DNA of 64,000 nucleotides from Podarcis gaigeae (taxonomy: Eukaryota): the NCBI GenBank assembly GCA_964106915.2, contig OZ066931.1. One strand, given 5' to 3'. Both the position numbers and the translations under genes were made by a program. Each line of letters opens with the position of its first letter. Position 1 is the stretch's first letter. Positions 1 to 12,603 of this stretch are shown here, one piece after another. The notes below the pieces were generated by a model. The model was not told the DNA's origin and did no database searches. It saw only the letters and a list, made by a program, of their open reading frames with translations.

Positions 1-1404
1 AAGCCTAGTTTAGATTTAATCAGAAGCTGTGTGCAATTTTGTCTTTATAGTCTAACTTTACATTCCCTTCCCCACCACCCCAACCCCCCCAAAACAAAAA
101 AACCCTCCTGTCCCTGCCTTGGGGCTATTATGAAAGTCTATGCACAAAAACACTGTACATTTTTATACATACAGGATTAATAGTATAGGCATGTAGGTGG
201 CATGATTCAATTAAAAAGGCTTTTTACTTTTTTATACCAGGAAAAAAAATCAAGAAATAATAAATAAAAAGGTGCTAGAATTAGCATTAAGAATGCAGTT
301 GTAATATATTGACAAAAGTTTGGGAAGTCAACCTCCTCAAGCTCTCCTGTTGCTGACAAGTCTCTGCAAACTAGGTAGCAAATACATAAATAACTCAAAA
401 ACATATGATTGAGGCTGTGAAGGTTTTTAAAACTAAGACAACATAATCCAGGTTAACTTTTGTTTTCTTTTAAGACAATGAGCAAATGAATAATCTACAC
501 CTGAATAAAACATGTTTTAACAGTTTGAAAATGGTTTTCTTTTAACAACCACAAAAAGGAAAAAAAAACTTTTAAACAAAGTTGAACAAGTATTTTGATT
601 ATAGGGCACACAAAAAGCCCCCTTTGCCAGAAGATTTTGGCAGTGGCCTTACTTTTGTGTCTCCTAGAGATGCATAAAAAGCAGGCTGAAACTCCACGTG
701 GATGTGCGGTGGTTAAAGAGAGCAACACAAGGGTCACACCGAGCAAAACGTCACACCCCGGAAACAAGCTGTCCCACTGCAGAGCTTGCATGATGTGCAA
801 ACGGCACATTTAATAAAAGTGGTTTCAGACGTACATTATTCAAAAGCTACTTGATGGCCACACAATGCTAAGTGAGCATTAACTTCTTTGCCTTGTAACC
901 TTTGAATAATGGGAAAGCTTTTGGGGGGAGGGGGAGGGAGTCGTTTATAGTTTTACTCCTTGTATTTAAATTNNNNNNNNNNNNNNNNNNNNNNNNNNNN
1001 NNNNNNNNNNNNNNNNNNNNNNNNNNNNNNNNNNNNNNNNNNNNNNNNNNNNNNNNNNNNNNNNNNNNNNNNNNNNNNNNNNNNNNNNNNNNNNNNNNNN
1101 NNNNNNNNNNNNNNNNNNNNNNNNNNNNNNNNNNNNNNNNNNNNNNNNNNNNNNATGTCAAAAAGTACAGGGCACAGAGGATTTCCCCTCTGATCTGCAA
1201 CCTACGTTTACCTGCTAGAAGTNNNNNNNNNNNNNNNNNNNNNNNNNNNNNNNNNNNNNNNNNNNNNNNNNNNNNNNNNNNNNNNNNNNNNNNNNNNNNN
1301 NNNNNNNNNNNNNNNNNNNNNNNNNNNNNNNNNNNNNNNNNNNNNNNNNNNNNNNNNNNNNNNNNNNNNNNNNNNNNNNNNNNNNNNNNNNNNNNNNNNN
1401 NNNA
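1..1404 (-). other. KCMF1: KCMF1 3' UTR (extent uncertain; two N gaps)
   Basis: AT-rich, TE-free sequence downstream of the stop codon. ATTAAA candidates on the minus strand at 814-809 and 20-15. Confidence 0.6.
973..1403. other. Two N gaps (973-1154, 1223-1403) around a 68-bp island
   Basis: N runs seen directly; a third gap lies at 43049-43248. Confidence 0.99.
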
Positions 1405-1666
1405 TCAAAGAGGAGGTGGAGGAGGCTCGTTTCCTTTATTACTCTCTTTTAAATTTAGATTTTCTAAAGCAACATCTAAAGGCATAATATCTACACAGCC
1501 CATAGCACCAAAATCGGCAACCTCCCCACGCTCGTCCTCATCAGAGGAGGAGCTTTCTTCCCGCATTAAAGTGGACAGCAGAAGCTCTTGAACAAACAGG
1601 CTGCGGTCAGCTCGCTCACTCTCCATTGACTGACGCTCTACTTCAGACATCTTGGGATCGTTCAAC
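1405..1666 (-). CDS. KCMF1: KCMF1 coding exon 7 with stop (262 nt)
   Basis: gcag| acceptor; encodes LNDPKMSEVERQSMESERADRSLFVQELLLSTL...NKGNEPPPPPL then TGA at 1407-1405. Summed CDS is 1146 nt = 381 aa. Confidence 0.98.
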
Positions 1667-3609
1667 CTGCACAAGAAGGGGAGACAAAACAGGATATAGC
1701 TGAAAATTCTGAGGCTTGGGAACACTGTACACACCAAGTGTCTAATAATCTACAAGATCATGAAAAGACCTGTGGATGTCTTGGGTTCAGAAAAGATGCA
1801 TCTGACTTATTTCTACACTAGGAAAGAGATGATCAGAGACTGCCAGTGATCATTCCTTGCTTATATCCAATACCCTGAGTCCCTAGCGCCAGCACTCTGA
1901 GACCTTAACTGCTCCAGGGCTGCTTCTATGGAACCCATTCAGTTCTCCTGAAAAATTCTCGGTTTACCGCAGGATAATACAACTTTAGCAAACCTGCATA
2001 GTAAGTGGAGGGATTACTGCTCTGATAAGTTGAATGCATGCTGCACACGCCATTCAACTTTCCCATCTTCTGCTATCAGATAGTTTGCCACCTTGGTACT
2101 TTTTGTGTGAAAATGGAACAAAATGGAGGGTTGCTGTGACATTCTGCTACAAAGGGAGGACCCCAGGAACCTATTCAGGAGATGAGATTAAAATCTATTT
2201 CCCAGGAATCTTCACGCAGGGATTATTCTGACCCAAAGATGGTATTGGGTATCTTTTAGAATTTATCTGATCAAAAGTATAAAAGTTGCCGAGATGTAAG
2301 CAAAGAAGGAGAAGACCTTTTAAAATGAAGGAACCACAACAAACGAGATGTTTAAAACAAGGTTCCTTCTCTATTTTTTTTAAAGAAGGCATTGGCATTC
2401 CCTTAAGATTAAATTGAGGAAGGAAGAATAATCTTACAGAGGAAGTAAGCAATGCAAAGTTGAAGGGCCAAACTGAAGGGGCCAAGATACTGAGGCCAAT
2501 ATGAGTAAGTGGGAAGTGGCTTAAGAATTCTCTTTTCAAATATGTGGCTAAGTTTCTCAAAATATGGCAATTGTGTATATCTGTGTAGATTTGAGAGGCC
2601 CATGCCATGGTACTCCATATGTGGTCTTTTACTCCACTGGGGTTGCCTAAGACTTCTAATGGTACAAAAGCAGGCTGTTGGAAGACAGTGGAAGTTGCTG
2701 ATCATATGTAATAGGCACACGAGGCAAGCAGATGATTATTAGTCCCAGTTCTACAGGATCTGACATTCCTTTTAGGTTTTATAAACTATTTCAAAGTTAG
2801 CATATAATGTAAATTGTGACAGCAAAGTTGGCCATAGCTTGAAACTGACAACACACTCAGTCTCCTTCAGTAAAATAATGTCTTTGAAAGGTGTCAGAAG
2901 AAATGAAAATGATTTTAAAATAACATATGTAAAATATTATAATCAGGCTACAATGGAGCACCATTATTAATTGGTTCCCTTTTGTTCTATATTATGAGTT
3001 CTCATAGAGATTTTGTTTAAAGAGAATTAAAGAGGAATTAAAGAGAAATATTTGATGAATCCATTACTATCTCGGTATTTCTACTTTACAACAGATACAC
3101 TTTTTGTAATGCGTAGATTTGAGAATATATGAAGGATTTAATTTGTTGTAATGTATTTTGATTCATAAAAAATTTAAAATATGCCAGCATCTTGGAATTC
3201 AGAGTTAAACATAATGAATTGCAGCTACACATAATAGCACTGTGTTAAATGGCCCTCAGATTGCTCAGTAATTTTCTTGATTTTTCCAGTAATGCGAATT
3301 GCAAGAAAAACTTGTATTGAACGCCTACTTTTAAATTACAGTTTAAGCCATTTTAAAATTCTATCCCCTCTCTGCCCTTTGCCACTTAAGCCAACAATCT
3401 CTTTTTAGTAGATACAAGCGGTAACAGAAAAGGCACAAAAGTTTATGTGTGCTTGGCTGCAGATAATGACTGCTGAAGGAGGTGGCTAAAAAGCAGTTTG
3501 TGGGGAGGAGGAAGATGCCATCAAAATACACAAATTTCAAAAGCAGGGGTGAATTCCTAGCGTGATTCAGAACCAATAATTGCAATTCCAACCCTCTAGA
3601 ACGAGTTAC

Positions 3610-3892
3610 CTTGTAAGGAGGAACTGAGAGTTCTGGATAGCCTGCTGACTGTTTTCTGTGTTGGATGTGTTGGTTGTTGCTGTGGATTGTGTAATAGTGG
3701 TGGTGACGCCGCTAGTGTTGGCGCGCCTTGTCGCGTTACGTGCAGTCTCCAGTTGTTGCCGTGCCGCCTGTGCATGCTGCCGTTCTAGCTGCAGTTGCAT
3801 CTGCAGTTGCTGCAACTGAGACGCGGAAGGGCCAGAGGAATTGAGCTGTCCCCCTGCAGAACGCCTCACGCCGGACAACTGAGATAAAAGCT
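3610..3892 (-). CDS. KCMF1: KCMF1 coding exon 6, Gln-rich coiled coil (283 nt)
   Basis: ggcag| acceptor and |GTAAC donor; encodes ELLSQLSGVRRSAGGQLNSSGPSASQLQQLQMQLQLERQHAQAARQQLETAR...QFLLTR. Confidence 0.97.
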
Positions 3893-4404
3893 CTGCCAAT
3901 ATAAAAAAAGGATTCGGGAATTAAGAGTGGACTCTAATGTAACCACACAGTCCTCTGCCACTACCACCTCACTCTCCCACAGTACCTATTCCATAAGCTT
4001 CCCATTTTGCTACTACAGGGTAAAATGGACGAAGGTATACTCATAGTCCCTAAAATGCAGCCCCAATGATCTCCTACCCTGACACATCATTAGTGTTTTA
4101 ACAACACAGTAGTACATTCAACAAGCCGTGAAGATACTTTGAAGCGGCTGGAATTATTGCTCAGAGCAGTTCCTTAAAACTCTCTCAGCCAGCTCAAATA
4201 GTTCATCATTGCAGCAACGTCTTAAAAATATAAACATCCATGTGGATGTTTAAAGCTCTGATTCACTGAAGACACTCAAGAGGGAACAGAGATAAAATTT
4301 AACAACAGATATTCCTGCTTTTGGGGGGGGGGCGAGGTGGAAGAATTTTAATCATGCAAGTGCACAAAAATACAAAGGGATATGTAAATATTCACAAATC
4401 TTAC

Positions 4405-4579
4405 CAGCTATAGGATCCATGGCTTCCCTATTGCTTGGAGAATATGAACTCTGCGAAGATGAAAAACCACCAGTGGAACTGCTAGTAAAGTGCATGTTGG
4501 ATCTACGTGCGCGAGGGCCACCCAAACCCCGGCCTGGGTGAAACATTCTACGTACATGCCGAACACCACTGGATTCGTC
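4405..4579 (-). CDS. KCMF1: KCMF1 coding exon 5 (175 nt)
   Basis: Preceded by branch point TCCCTTAAC and an AC acceptor; encodes DESSGVRHVRRMFHPGRGLGGPRARRSNMHFTSSSTGGFSSSQSSYSPSNREAMDPIA; |GTAAGA donor. Confidence 0.96.
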
Positions 4580-6269
4580 GTAAGCAATGAGTTAAGGGAA
4601 GGAAAGTGTCAACACGCAAACAGCCTTAGCCACTAAGACAATGGACTTGTAAAGAACAGGAGCAAAGCTTCCTTCTTAGTTTAGAGGAGAAATGGCCACA
4701 ATTCAAGGCTAGCCAGCCCTCCAAGGCCCGTGCACTACACTCATCAGGCATCCATACTGTATGCAAACACACCTTCCCGCCCCAGCTCTTGTTAATTGGA
4801 ACACACCACTCTCGTGGCCAGCGCTGGGCTGAGAGCCCTAAATCTCTCCTCCCAAGCCTAGTGCTGCAATCATGGCATCTGAAGAGCAGACACAGCAATT
4901 TCCCTCCCCATTGCATGACTTGCATGGGAGGAATGGAACACCAGACTGGTGAAAGGGCCCAATTATTCGACACAATTATGGCCACATAAAGCAGATGCAC
5001 CGAGTATGCAGACTCTGCTTAGTGTGCCGCTGGCATCCCAAATGTGTTGAATTTGGGGTGCGCTGCTCTGCTAAAGTTAGAGGCATGCTCCAGCTTGCCT
5101 GCCCCCAATGCTATAATACAGTGGTTCCCAATTAGCTAAGTATCGTGGATTTCTTGTTATTTAAAAGCCAAGCCATGGACGCTCCCTACTTTGGAAAATT
5201 TTGATTACCTCCAAGGTAGTTTTTGTTATGTGAATGGTGCCACTGACCCCCTGGGTGGGTTAGGCAATTCCCAGTTGGGAACCACTGCTATTTTGTGTCT
5301 TCTCAAGCTTAGCTTGGTGTGAACCAAGCACAACCCCAGTAACTAGCAAGGTCATAAAAAGCAGTTACATTTCTATCTTCAGATCCCCTTATCTAAAAAA
5401 ATCACACTGGGTGTATTAAAAACTATTTTGCACAATATTAGCATTATAGATGCAAAGAGCAGGGCAATGCGCAGCAAATGCCAAATCCAGAAGAACTGTG
5501 AGTGGAGAGAGACTTTGTTTGCTATCAGGGGGTGGTTAGTTTCACCCGCGTTGCCCCAGTTCCAGCCCAAGGAACCTTCAGAAGGGAGTTGCTCCCCGGG
5601 GCATTATGGGTATGTGTATTTTAATGAGCTGAATACAGTAAAAGATTATCAGTCATGGGGGTGGGGAGTGTGTATTTGTTAAATCATATATTTTTGCATT
5701 AAATGTGATGTTTACCTTATTTTTTTAGTTGTTGCTTTGTTAATAGTGCTTTATAGATTGTAATTATTTCACTGAGGATTTGTAAATTATTCTATATCAT
5801 TTGTGCTGTATTTGTGATGTTCTGTCATGTTATTGTCATTTATTGTTTGTAAGCCGCTTTGGGATATATCTGAATGAAAAGCAGCATAGAACTATATAAT
5901 AAAGCAAATCAAGAAAATACAGTCTCAGAGGCAACATGCCAACGGAATTACAAGCTACAGGAATGTATTCTTCTGAACTCGTTCTTGGAGCATTCCCAAA
6001 GCTTGAGGAGAGGTTACTTGCTCAGACAGAACGTATTTTCTTTCAAATCTTTCCTCAAAAGAAAGGAAAATTAATCCTATCAGTTTATACTAGCCAATAG
6101 TCGTGCAATTAACACGAAGTGCTCCAAGCAGAGTATAGCTTATCTAGCTATTCAAAGAAAACTATGTAACACGCTAACAAAAGCACCTATTTCAGAATCA
6201 ACATGGGTGGCTATTAGCATAGAAGGCAAAACATATTCAGTTGCTTCTTCTTGACTTAGGTAAGGATAT
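4580..6269 (-). other. KCMF1: U12-type (minor spliceosome) AT-AC intron, KCMF1 intron 4, 1690 bp
   Basis: 5' splice site ATATCCTT at 6269-6262; branch sequence TTCCCTTAAC at 4600-4591; terminal AC at 4581-4580. The phase-0 join gives ...PRDL|DESSG..., the known KCMF1 sequence. Confidence 0.95.
5119..5287. mobile_element. hAT-Charlie (MER5-like) MITE inside the U12 intron
   Basis: Terminal inverted repeats (TIRs) CAGTGGTTCCCAA / TTGGGAACCACTG; flanks ctataata / ctattttg form a decayed 8-bp TSD. Confidence 0.7.
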
Positions 6270-6371
6270 TAAATCTCTTGGAGCTCTATGTTCCAGTGTA
6301 AGATGAGCTGCAAAGTCATCCGTAACATGATTGGGATCTCCTCCTGGTAATGCTGCACATATCGGACAAAT
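6270..6371 (-). CDS. KCMF1: KCMF1 coding exon 4 (102 nt)
   Basis: ttacag| acceptor; encodes ICPICAALPGGDPNHVTDDFAAHLTLEHRAPRDL; ends at the U12-type donor |ATATCCTT. Confidence 0.97.
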
Positions 6372-9230
6372 CTGTAATGACAGAAGAAAGGCCATATGAG
6401 CAAGTGTCTTCAAGGCAAAAAAAAAAAAAAAAATGACCAACACACTGAACAGAAGCTACTATCTCATGCTGAGAAAATAGTAGCCCTCATACAACTCACC
6501 CTCCAGTTCATAATGATTCTCAAGACCAGCCTTCCAAATAATCAATTAGTCAGTGAAAGCCCCCAACCAGATTCATTCACCTGATTGTCGCCTGACCACT
6601 GCTCCCCTCCTTGCTGCCAGTACAAACAGGAAGGAGCTGCTATCATACAAACAGGTACAGCCCTGTGCCTTTTATGATCCTGGACAGGGAAGAGCCAAGA
6701 TGAGCAACTGTCTTGGGTACTTCATAGTTTCTTCCCATACCACGGCTCTTAAAGCAACTGCTTCTTTTCTGACTCCCCCAGACGTAACACGGAGGACTTT
6801 GTGTCTAAAAGAAGGCAAAAGAGCAGGCAGCTTCCATGGCACTGCTATGGAGACAGAGTGTGGGCTGGTATATTCTTCCTTGCTAGAGGGGAAGTAGTTC
6901 ATCAGCTCCACCTAGTTTATCCTGGCAAACTCCAGATGAGGGGCCTTGCCTGGACTGATTCTCTAGCCATCTCTCCCTAACAGAACTACTTTTTGTCCCT
7001 AAAACTCTGCTACCGAGAAAGGGAAGGAAAAAATATATATGGTCAGTCCAGGCAACTGGGGCACATCCTTCCAAACAGAATTCTGTATGAGAGAGCTCCA
7101 TTCTGGAGGTTTGCACTTGCCCCCCCCTCTAGAAAGGCAGAGAAACAGAAAGCCTAGTAAGCAGCCTTGAAAGCAGAGGATTTTCATTCTGGAGGCAGCA
7201 CACAGAAGCTGTTTCTCCTTTCCAGGAGATGAGGACAAAAGCAGATCACCTACCACTTGTACTAGTATTACAAGACAATACTAAACACAGGGCTTTCTTG
7301 TCTGAAAACAATTATTACCCCAGCCAAGAGGTTATTTTCAAGCCAGATAAAAGTACTGAAAGTAGGACTTGTGCAAAAAGCAAACAAAACCACAAAGCAG
7401 ATGCAACATCAAATATATTTCCCAGATGGATAAATGGGTGTTTACCACGAGTGTCCATTTGTTAAAAGTTTTAGTTCTGTTTTAAAGGCATCTGTTCTTT
7501 TTTGTGTTTTTAACTGTTTTTAATTATCCTATGTGCAAATTGCCTTGATTCAGTGGTTCAAAAGGCAATACATAAAACAACTGTAATAATAATTAGAAAC
7601 ATGGCACACAGCAGCCACTTTACACAGAAAACAAACAATTACAAAGGGAAGATTTAACAGCACTTGTGTTTCAATAAATATGAGTGATTTGATTTAGCTC
7701 AATCATTTTACTAAAGGGACGGGAAACAACTTCAGACATGTCGCCATACTTTTAAGCTTGCTGTATCTTCTTGTGCCATTCTGCTTTCAATAATGAGAAG
7801 TAAAACGAACACAAAATGCAGACTTATCTGACTATGCAAGAACATGCATCGACACATACAAAGTTTTGCTTCCCAATAATTCTTCCATCCCTTTATGCAG
7901 TCTCTTTAAACCCAAGCATTTTTATAAATGACAGATAATCCTGTGTGAGTTTGTCCAGGAGACCAAAACATACAAGACTTCAAAGCTTTTCTGTGCCACA
8001 CCTATTGGTGCATCAAATCTGATGAATACAATTTTTAATAAACCTATATACAAGTTCTGATTTTGTTAGGAAGTGCTCAGGCACCTTTGCCCCTTCCAGT
8101 CTCTCCTTTGCTGTTACCTAAACTGCCTTTGCGAAGTCACCAGTTTGGAGCATGGGGGAAAAAACCTTAAGAGCTGCCTGCAAGCAACCTGCCACATTTG
8201 CAGAGACAGACTTCTAAGTGAATGAGACAGGATTATGAATCCTCTGATTACTTCTGGAATAAGCCTACCTCCCTACAGCATACACAGAAAACTCTCAAGA
8301 GAAATGCCTGGGATACCAGGAAGAATGGAGCACTTTGCTAAGCACTATCATCACCATTCAGGCTGGTATAGTATTTCACATCTATGAAACATTACTGCCA
8401 CCCTGTGGAATCAATCCTAACTATATTACAGGCTGAATTGTAAGATCAGTAGTGCTGCAAGGTTTAATTGGTAGATTAGTCAAATGAAAGCTTGAACTCT
8501 GAGTATTAACTGAGCCTTTCAAGAATGTATCCAAACACCTCAACTGCAGAAAGTTGTGCTTGGTTACATATTTGGAACACATCACTATAAGGACAATAAT
8601 GGAACAGGTGTTCTTCGTCCAGTATTTCAAGCCAGCATATGGAGGTTTTGATAATGTGCATATTTAGTTACCCATAATCAATTAAAAGGAAAATGATGAA
8701 TCAGCTGAACTTTCTTTAACTGAAAACTAGCAAATTTCAGCACCAAATTTCTTATTTAAACCTGCACTTGGAAGCAAAATTTGTTTTATTCTCCAACCAC
8801 TAAACTGTCCACAAGCTGAAGAACTCAGAATATGCTGATTCAATGACAACACTATATAGGTACCTTTACCTAGGTAAAAGTGAAACTGCACCCTACTAAG
8901 CTCAAGCTTGCAATGTTAACAAAAGAACAGGGATCTTACTGTAACCAGTGCATAGAAAATGAGAGAACCAGGTTTCCTCTGATGCCCCCCCCAAAGAAAT
9001 CACAACCCAAATATTTTTGAATATTCTCCCATGCATGTTATCCTCTGAAAGCTAGCATATTGCATAGTTAAAGAGTATGAGCTACAAGCCAGCAAGTCTC
9101 TGGCTCAAATGAGCTTCATGGGCAGCCTCTGGAAATGCATGGTCTACCTTAAAGGGTAGTTGTAAGGATTATTGAGATAATGTACTTGAAGATCTCTGAA
9201 CACCCTAAAGATAGATATTTGGCTGAAGAG

Positions 9231-9470
9231 TCTGCTGTATCAGACCAGTGGCCCATCTAATCCAGCATCCTGTTCTCACAGTGGCCGAACTCATGCCTGT
9301 GGGAAATCAGCCAGCAGGATTCAAGCACAAGAGCACTCTCCCCTCCTGTGCTTTCCAGCAGCTGATATTCAAAAGCTCTGCTGCCACCAGCTATGGAGGC
9401 AGACCATAGCTATCCTGGTTACTAGCCCTCAATAGCCCTCTGCTCCATGAATTTGCTTGATTCTCTTTCG
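9231..9470 (-). mobile_element. Old CR1-like LINE 3' fragment (related copies near 39644-39905 and 60645-60850)
   Basis: A shared motif (gatcagacca..ccatctagtccagcatcctgttctcacagtggcc) occurs at three loci; family name from recall. Confidence 0.55.
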
Positions 9471-9826
9471 AAGCATTTTGGTCACACTTTTCCTCCAAGT
9501 GTAAATAAGAGGCCTTGCATTCAGAATGGAGAAAGGGCAACTGCATTTGCTCAGATATGGCACAAAGCATTCTCAAGGTAAAGTCTGTATTATTTTCCAT
9601 GGGAGGATTTTCCATGGGAAGCAGGGCCAGAAGAGAAAACCTGAAAATAAAATTGTCAATGGGGGAAAAAAGACATTGGTAAGTGATCTCCTGCAACTTT
9701 TAATATTAAATGAGTATTCATTCATTGTAACTAATTTTCTATTTTAAAAAAAACCCACGATAGGCAAAAATTTCAAGTTTCAAGTTATTGTTGGTGTTAT
9801 TCAGAAGCAAGGCTGACTGTGCTTAC

Positions 9827-9966
9827 CACTTCTGTTGATGTTTCTGCATGTTCTGAAGTAACGTGTTCTTGAAGAGATGTTTCCGTATACCCCATTTTTC
9901 CACAATAAGGACAAGTAAAAGACTGTGGCTGCTCTACAGAGAAAGCTTCTCCACCATAGTACAAAT
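9827..9966 (-). CDS. KCMF1: KCMF1 coding exon 3, C2H2 zinc finger (140 nt)
   Basis: Poly-C tract + cag acceptor and |GTAAGC donor; encodes DLYYGGEAFSVEQPQSFTCPYCGKMGYTETSLQEHVTSEHAETSTEV. Confidence 0.98.
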
Positions 9967-10332
9967 CTGGGGGGGGGGAAATAAGATATGTGAGAATTCC
10001 AGTCATAAAAAATGATCATGGTTACAAATATAGGACACACCAAACTTAGCTCAAACATACAGTCTAATGTACAATTCAATTAAGAAGAGTTGCATCCAAC
10101 TAATTCACAGTATGTGTGGAACTTCCATGAGTACAACACAACTTCCCCTCTCTTTCTTCCCCCTGCAGCCCACAAATTTGCTTTGGGTTTGCCCCCAACT
10201 CTCCAGAGCAGATTTAGGGAATGCGGAAGTTCTATTGTGTTAACACAAGTTGTTCTGCACACCCAATCGAACACAATTAATCGTCTCTCACAATACAGGA
10301 TTTTCATTTTGTGTTTTATTAGCCACATAATC

Positions 10333-10363
<31 letters not shown>
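10333..10363 (+). repeat. (TAT)10 microsatellite
   Basis: Perfect trinucleotide run seen directly. Confidence 0.95.
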
Positions 10364-10366
<3 letters not shown>

Positions 10367-11765
10367 AATTGAGAAAGAATCTACAAGACTAATGGCATTT
10401 TCCTACACAAAGTAATCCTGATAATACTATGCTTAGAAGTGCTAAGTGTGCTAATATTTTCACACCTGAAAACAAACCAGTGTCAACAACCACTGAGACA
10501 TCTTACAGAATAATATACATCATTAGTTCTTTAAACAAGAAAAGCTCAAACACCAGATCCAGTTTTCCTCTGCTGCATTTGTAGCTTGTAGGAGTTTGTA
10601 CACCTGGACTCACAAGAAAGTGGTGACAAAGCTAAGCAACCCCAAACAAATATACAAGCAGAAGCACAAACTGCTGCTCTCCACCACCACAACTGTAGAA
10701 TGGCAACGAAGCCTTACTTGACATGTGTTTATGCAAGGAAAATGTTATCTCCCCATTGAAAGCAGAAGCATTTTCTTTGTTCCCACAGAAGTCCCACAAT
10801 GAAATGAATATACCATGAGTAGCAGCAGCAACAGCAGCAGTGCACTTGGCAGACTGGACTCAGCCAGTAGAGCAGGAGAATTGATTCCAGGGTTGTTGGT
10901 TATTAAAGATTTCTGCATTGCAGGGGGTTGGACCAGATGACCCTGGTGATCCCTTCCGATTCTACGATAATGACAGACATAACCTCTACTAGAAATGTGC
11001 TGCCTCCCTGAAAAAACTCCCACCCATTCCCCATGTGTTAACTATGCTGAAGGAATCTGTCAGCACTAACATTAAACCTGGTTACAACTAACCAACAATT
11101 CCCTTAAACCAGAATCTAAAACCAAGATTAACATCCACCAAACTGTTTAACTGAAGTCCAGGGGAAAGGTTTACTTCAGGAATGAGACAGGCTGCAGGGA
11201 CAGAATGCAGGTCCCAGAGGTTGGATTCTGATTTGCTGACCCCTCTTCTCAACAGGGAACAAATGTTATGACTGCACAATGCAAACATTAAAGCAACACG
11301 GAACGCTTGAGGCTGGATAATCCCACTCTCCCCGCAGTGAAAGTTACTCCAATACAAGAAAGGTTGGGTAAAAGATCCAAGTACAGCTATTCATACAATA
11401 CAAAAAATATCCTTGAATGCTGTTGTACATACCAAGCTGTGAAAATTCACAAAGGATGCTTATGTGAACTTGAAGAAGAGCAAGAACATCACTCAGGAAT
11501 ACAGACTGCTACCTGGTCCCACAGAAACCAACAGAAATAGGACAGTACTTAAGAAAGCTTGCTCTGCATAGCTCTACTCTAGCACTTAAGCAGATTTTAA
11601 TGAGGCCACATAAGTGACATTAATACGGTTTTCAAGTGAGTTCTAATGAATATCCCAGAAAACTATATCCAGGGCAATAAGCTAACAAGCTCCCTACGCC
11701 ACCTTGTAGTCAACCAATATTTTCTTAAATGAAAATCTACTGAAGAACCATCACTTTTTGTAATA

Positions 11766-12007
11766 GAGTGGTACCTCAGGTTACATAGGCTTCAGGTTAC
11801 ATACGCTTCAGGTTACAGACTCCGCTAACCCAGAAATAGTACCTCGGGTTAAGAACTTTGCTTCAGGATGAGAACAGAAATCGTGCTCTGGCAGCATGGC
11901 AGCAGCGGGAGGCCCCATTAGCTAAAGTGGTGCTTCAGGTTAAGAACAGTTTCAGGTTAAGAAAAGACCTCCGGAACGAATTAAGTACTTAACCCGGGGT
12001 ACCACTG
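11766..12007. mobile_element. Tc1/mariner-Tigger-type MITE, family A
   Basis: TA-flanked TIRs (G/C)AGTGGTACCTC / GGGGTACCACTG; a closely related inverted copy lies at 18976-19189. Confidence 0.85.
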
Positions 12008-12603
12008 TACATGTGTTTCTCACTATAAAGGATTTTAATTTCTTTAGGAGCATGAAGAGTTTTTAAGAGTACACGTAGTCTCCCAATCAGTTTTGGTCTG
12101 CAGAGCAAAGCTTTTGGTACCATTACCGCTGTTTCTGTAAACGATGTTCTGGTTTAGCTATTTGCAACAGTCATCCCAGACACTAGCCAGAAACCTCTGG
12201 AATCCATGTCCGAATAGGGCAAATCTTAAGTTTCGCACTGCAATCCAGGCATCACAATGTATCTGTAACACCATAGATAAAGCTAGTGGTGATTTGTGGT
12301 TTTGGCGGGTGGGGAGTGGTGTCCTCCTGACAGTAGCACGGTGCTTGCCAGTAGAGCTCCAGGCTGCAGCAGTCAACCCTGCAGGTGAATCAATTTGCTG
12401 AGGCACTTAACTGCTGGCTTTGATGGACCTGTTCCATTTTATGCTATTGGTTTTCATTTGATGCTTATTCATATTGTTTTATTTTTCTTTCGCAAGCAGC
12501 TCTGAGAACCCATATTTAAAAGTGGGATAGAAGTCTTCTATATACTAGACCCTACTATCATAAAAAAGGTTGTTTCATCAGAGAGAGAAGGAAATGCAAA
12601 GAG

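Noticed and set aside
868-1591. ORFs containing X runs
   Set aside because: Artefacts of the N gaps; the 902-1591 ORF is antisense to KCMF1 exon 7.
4352-4546. ORF-track starts (MFHPG, MAELL, MFVGV) as real protein starts
   Set aside because: They are internal exons of KCMF1; the splice sites define the true boundaries.
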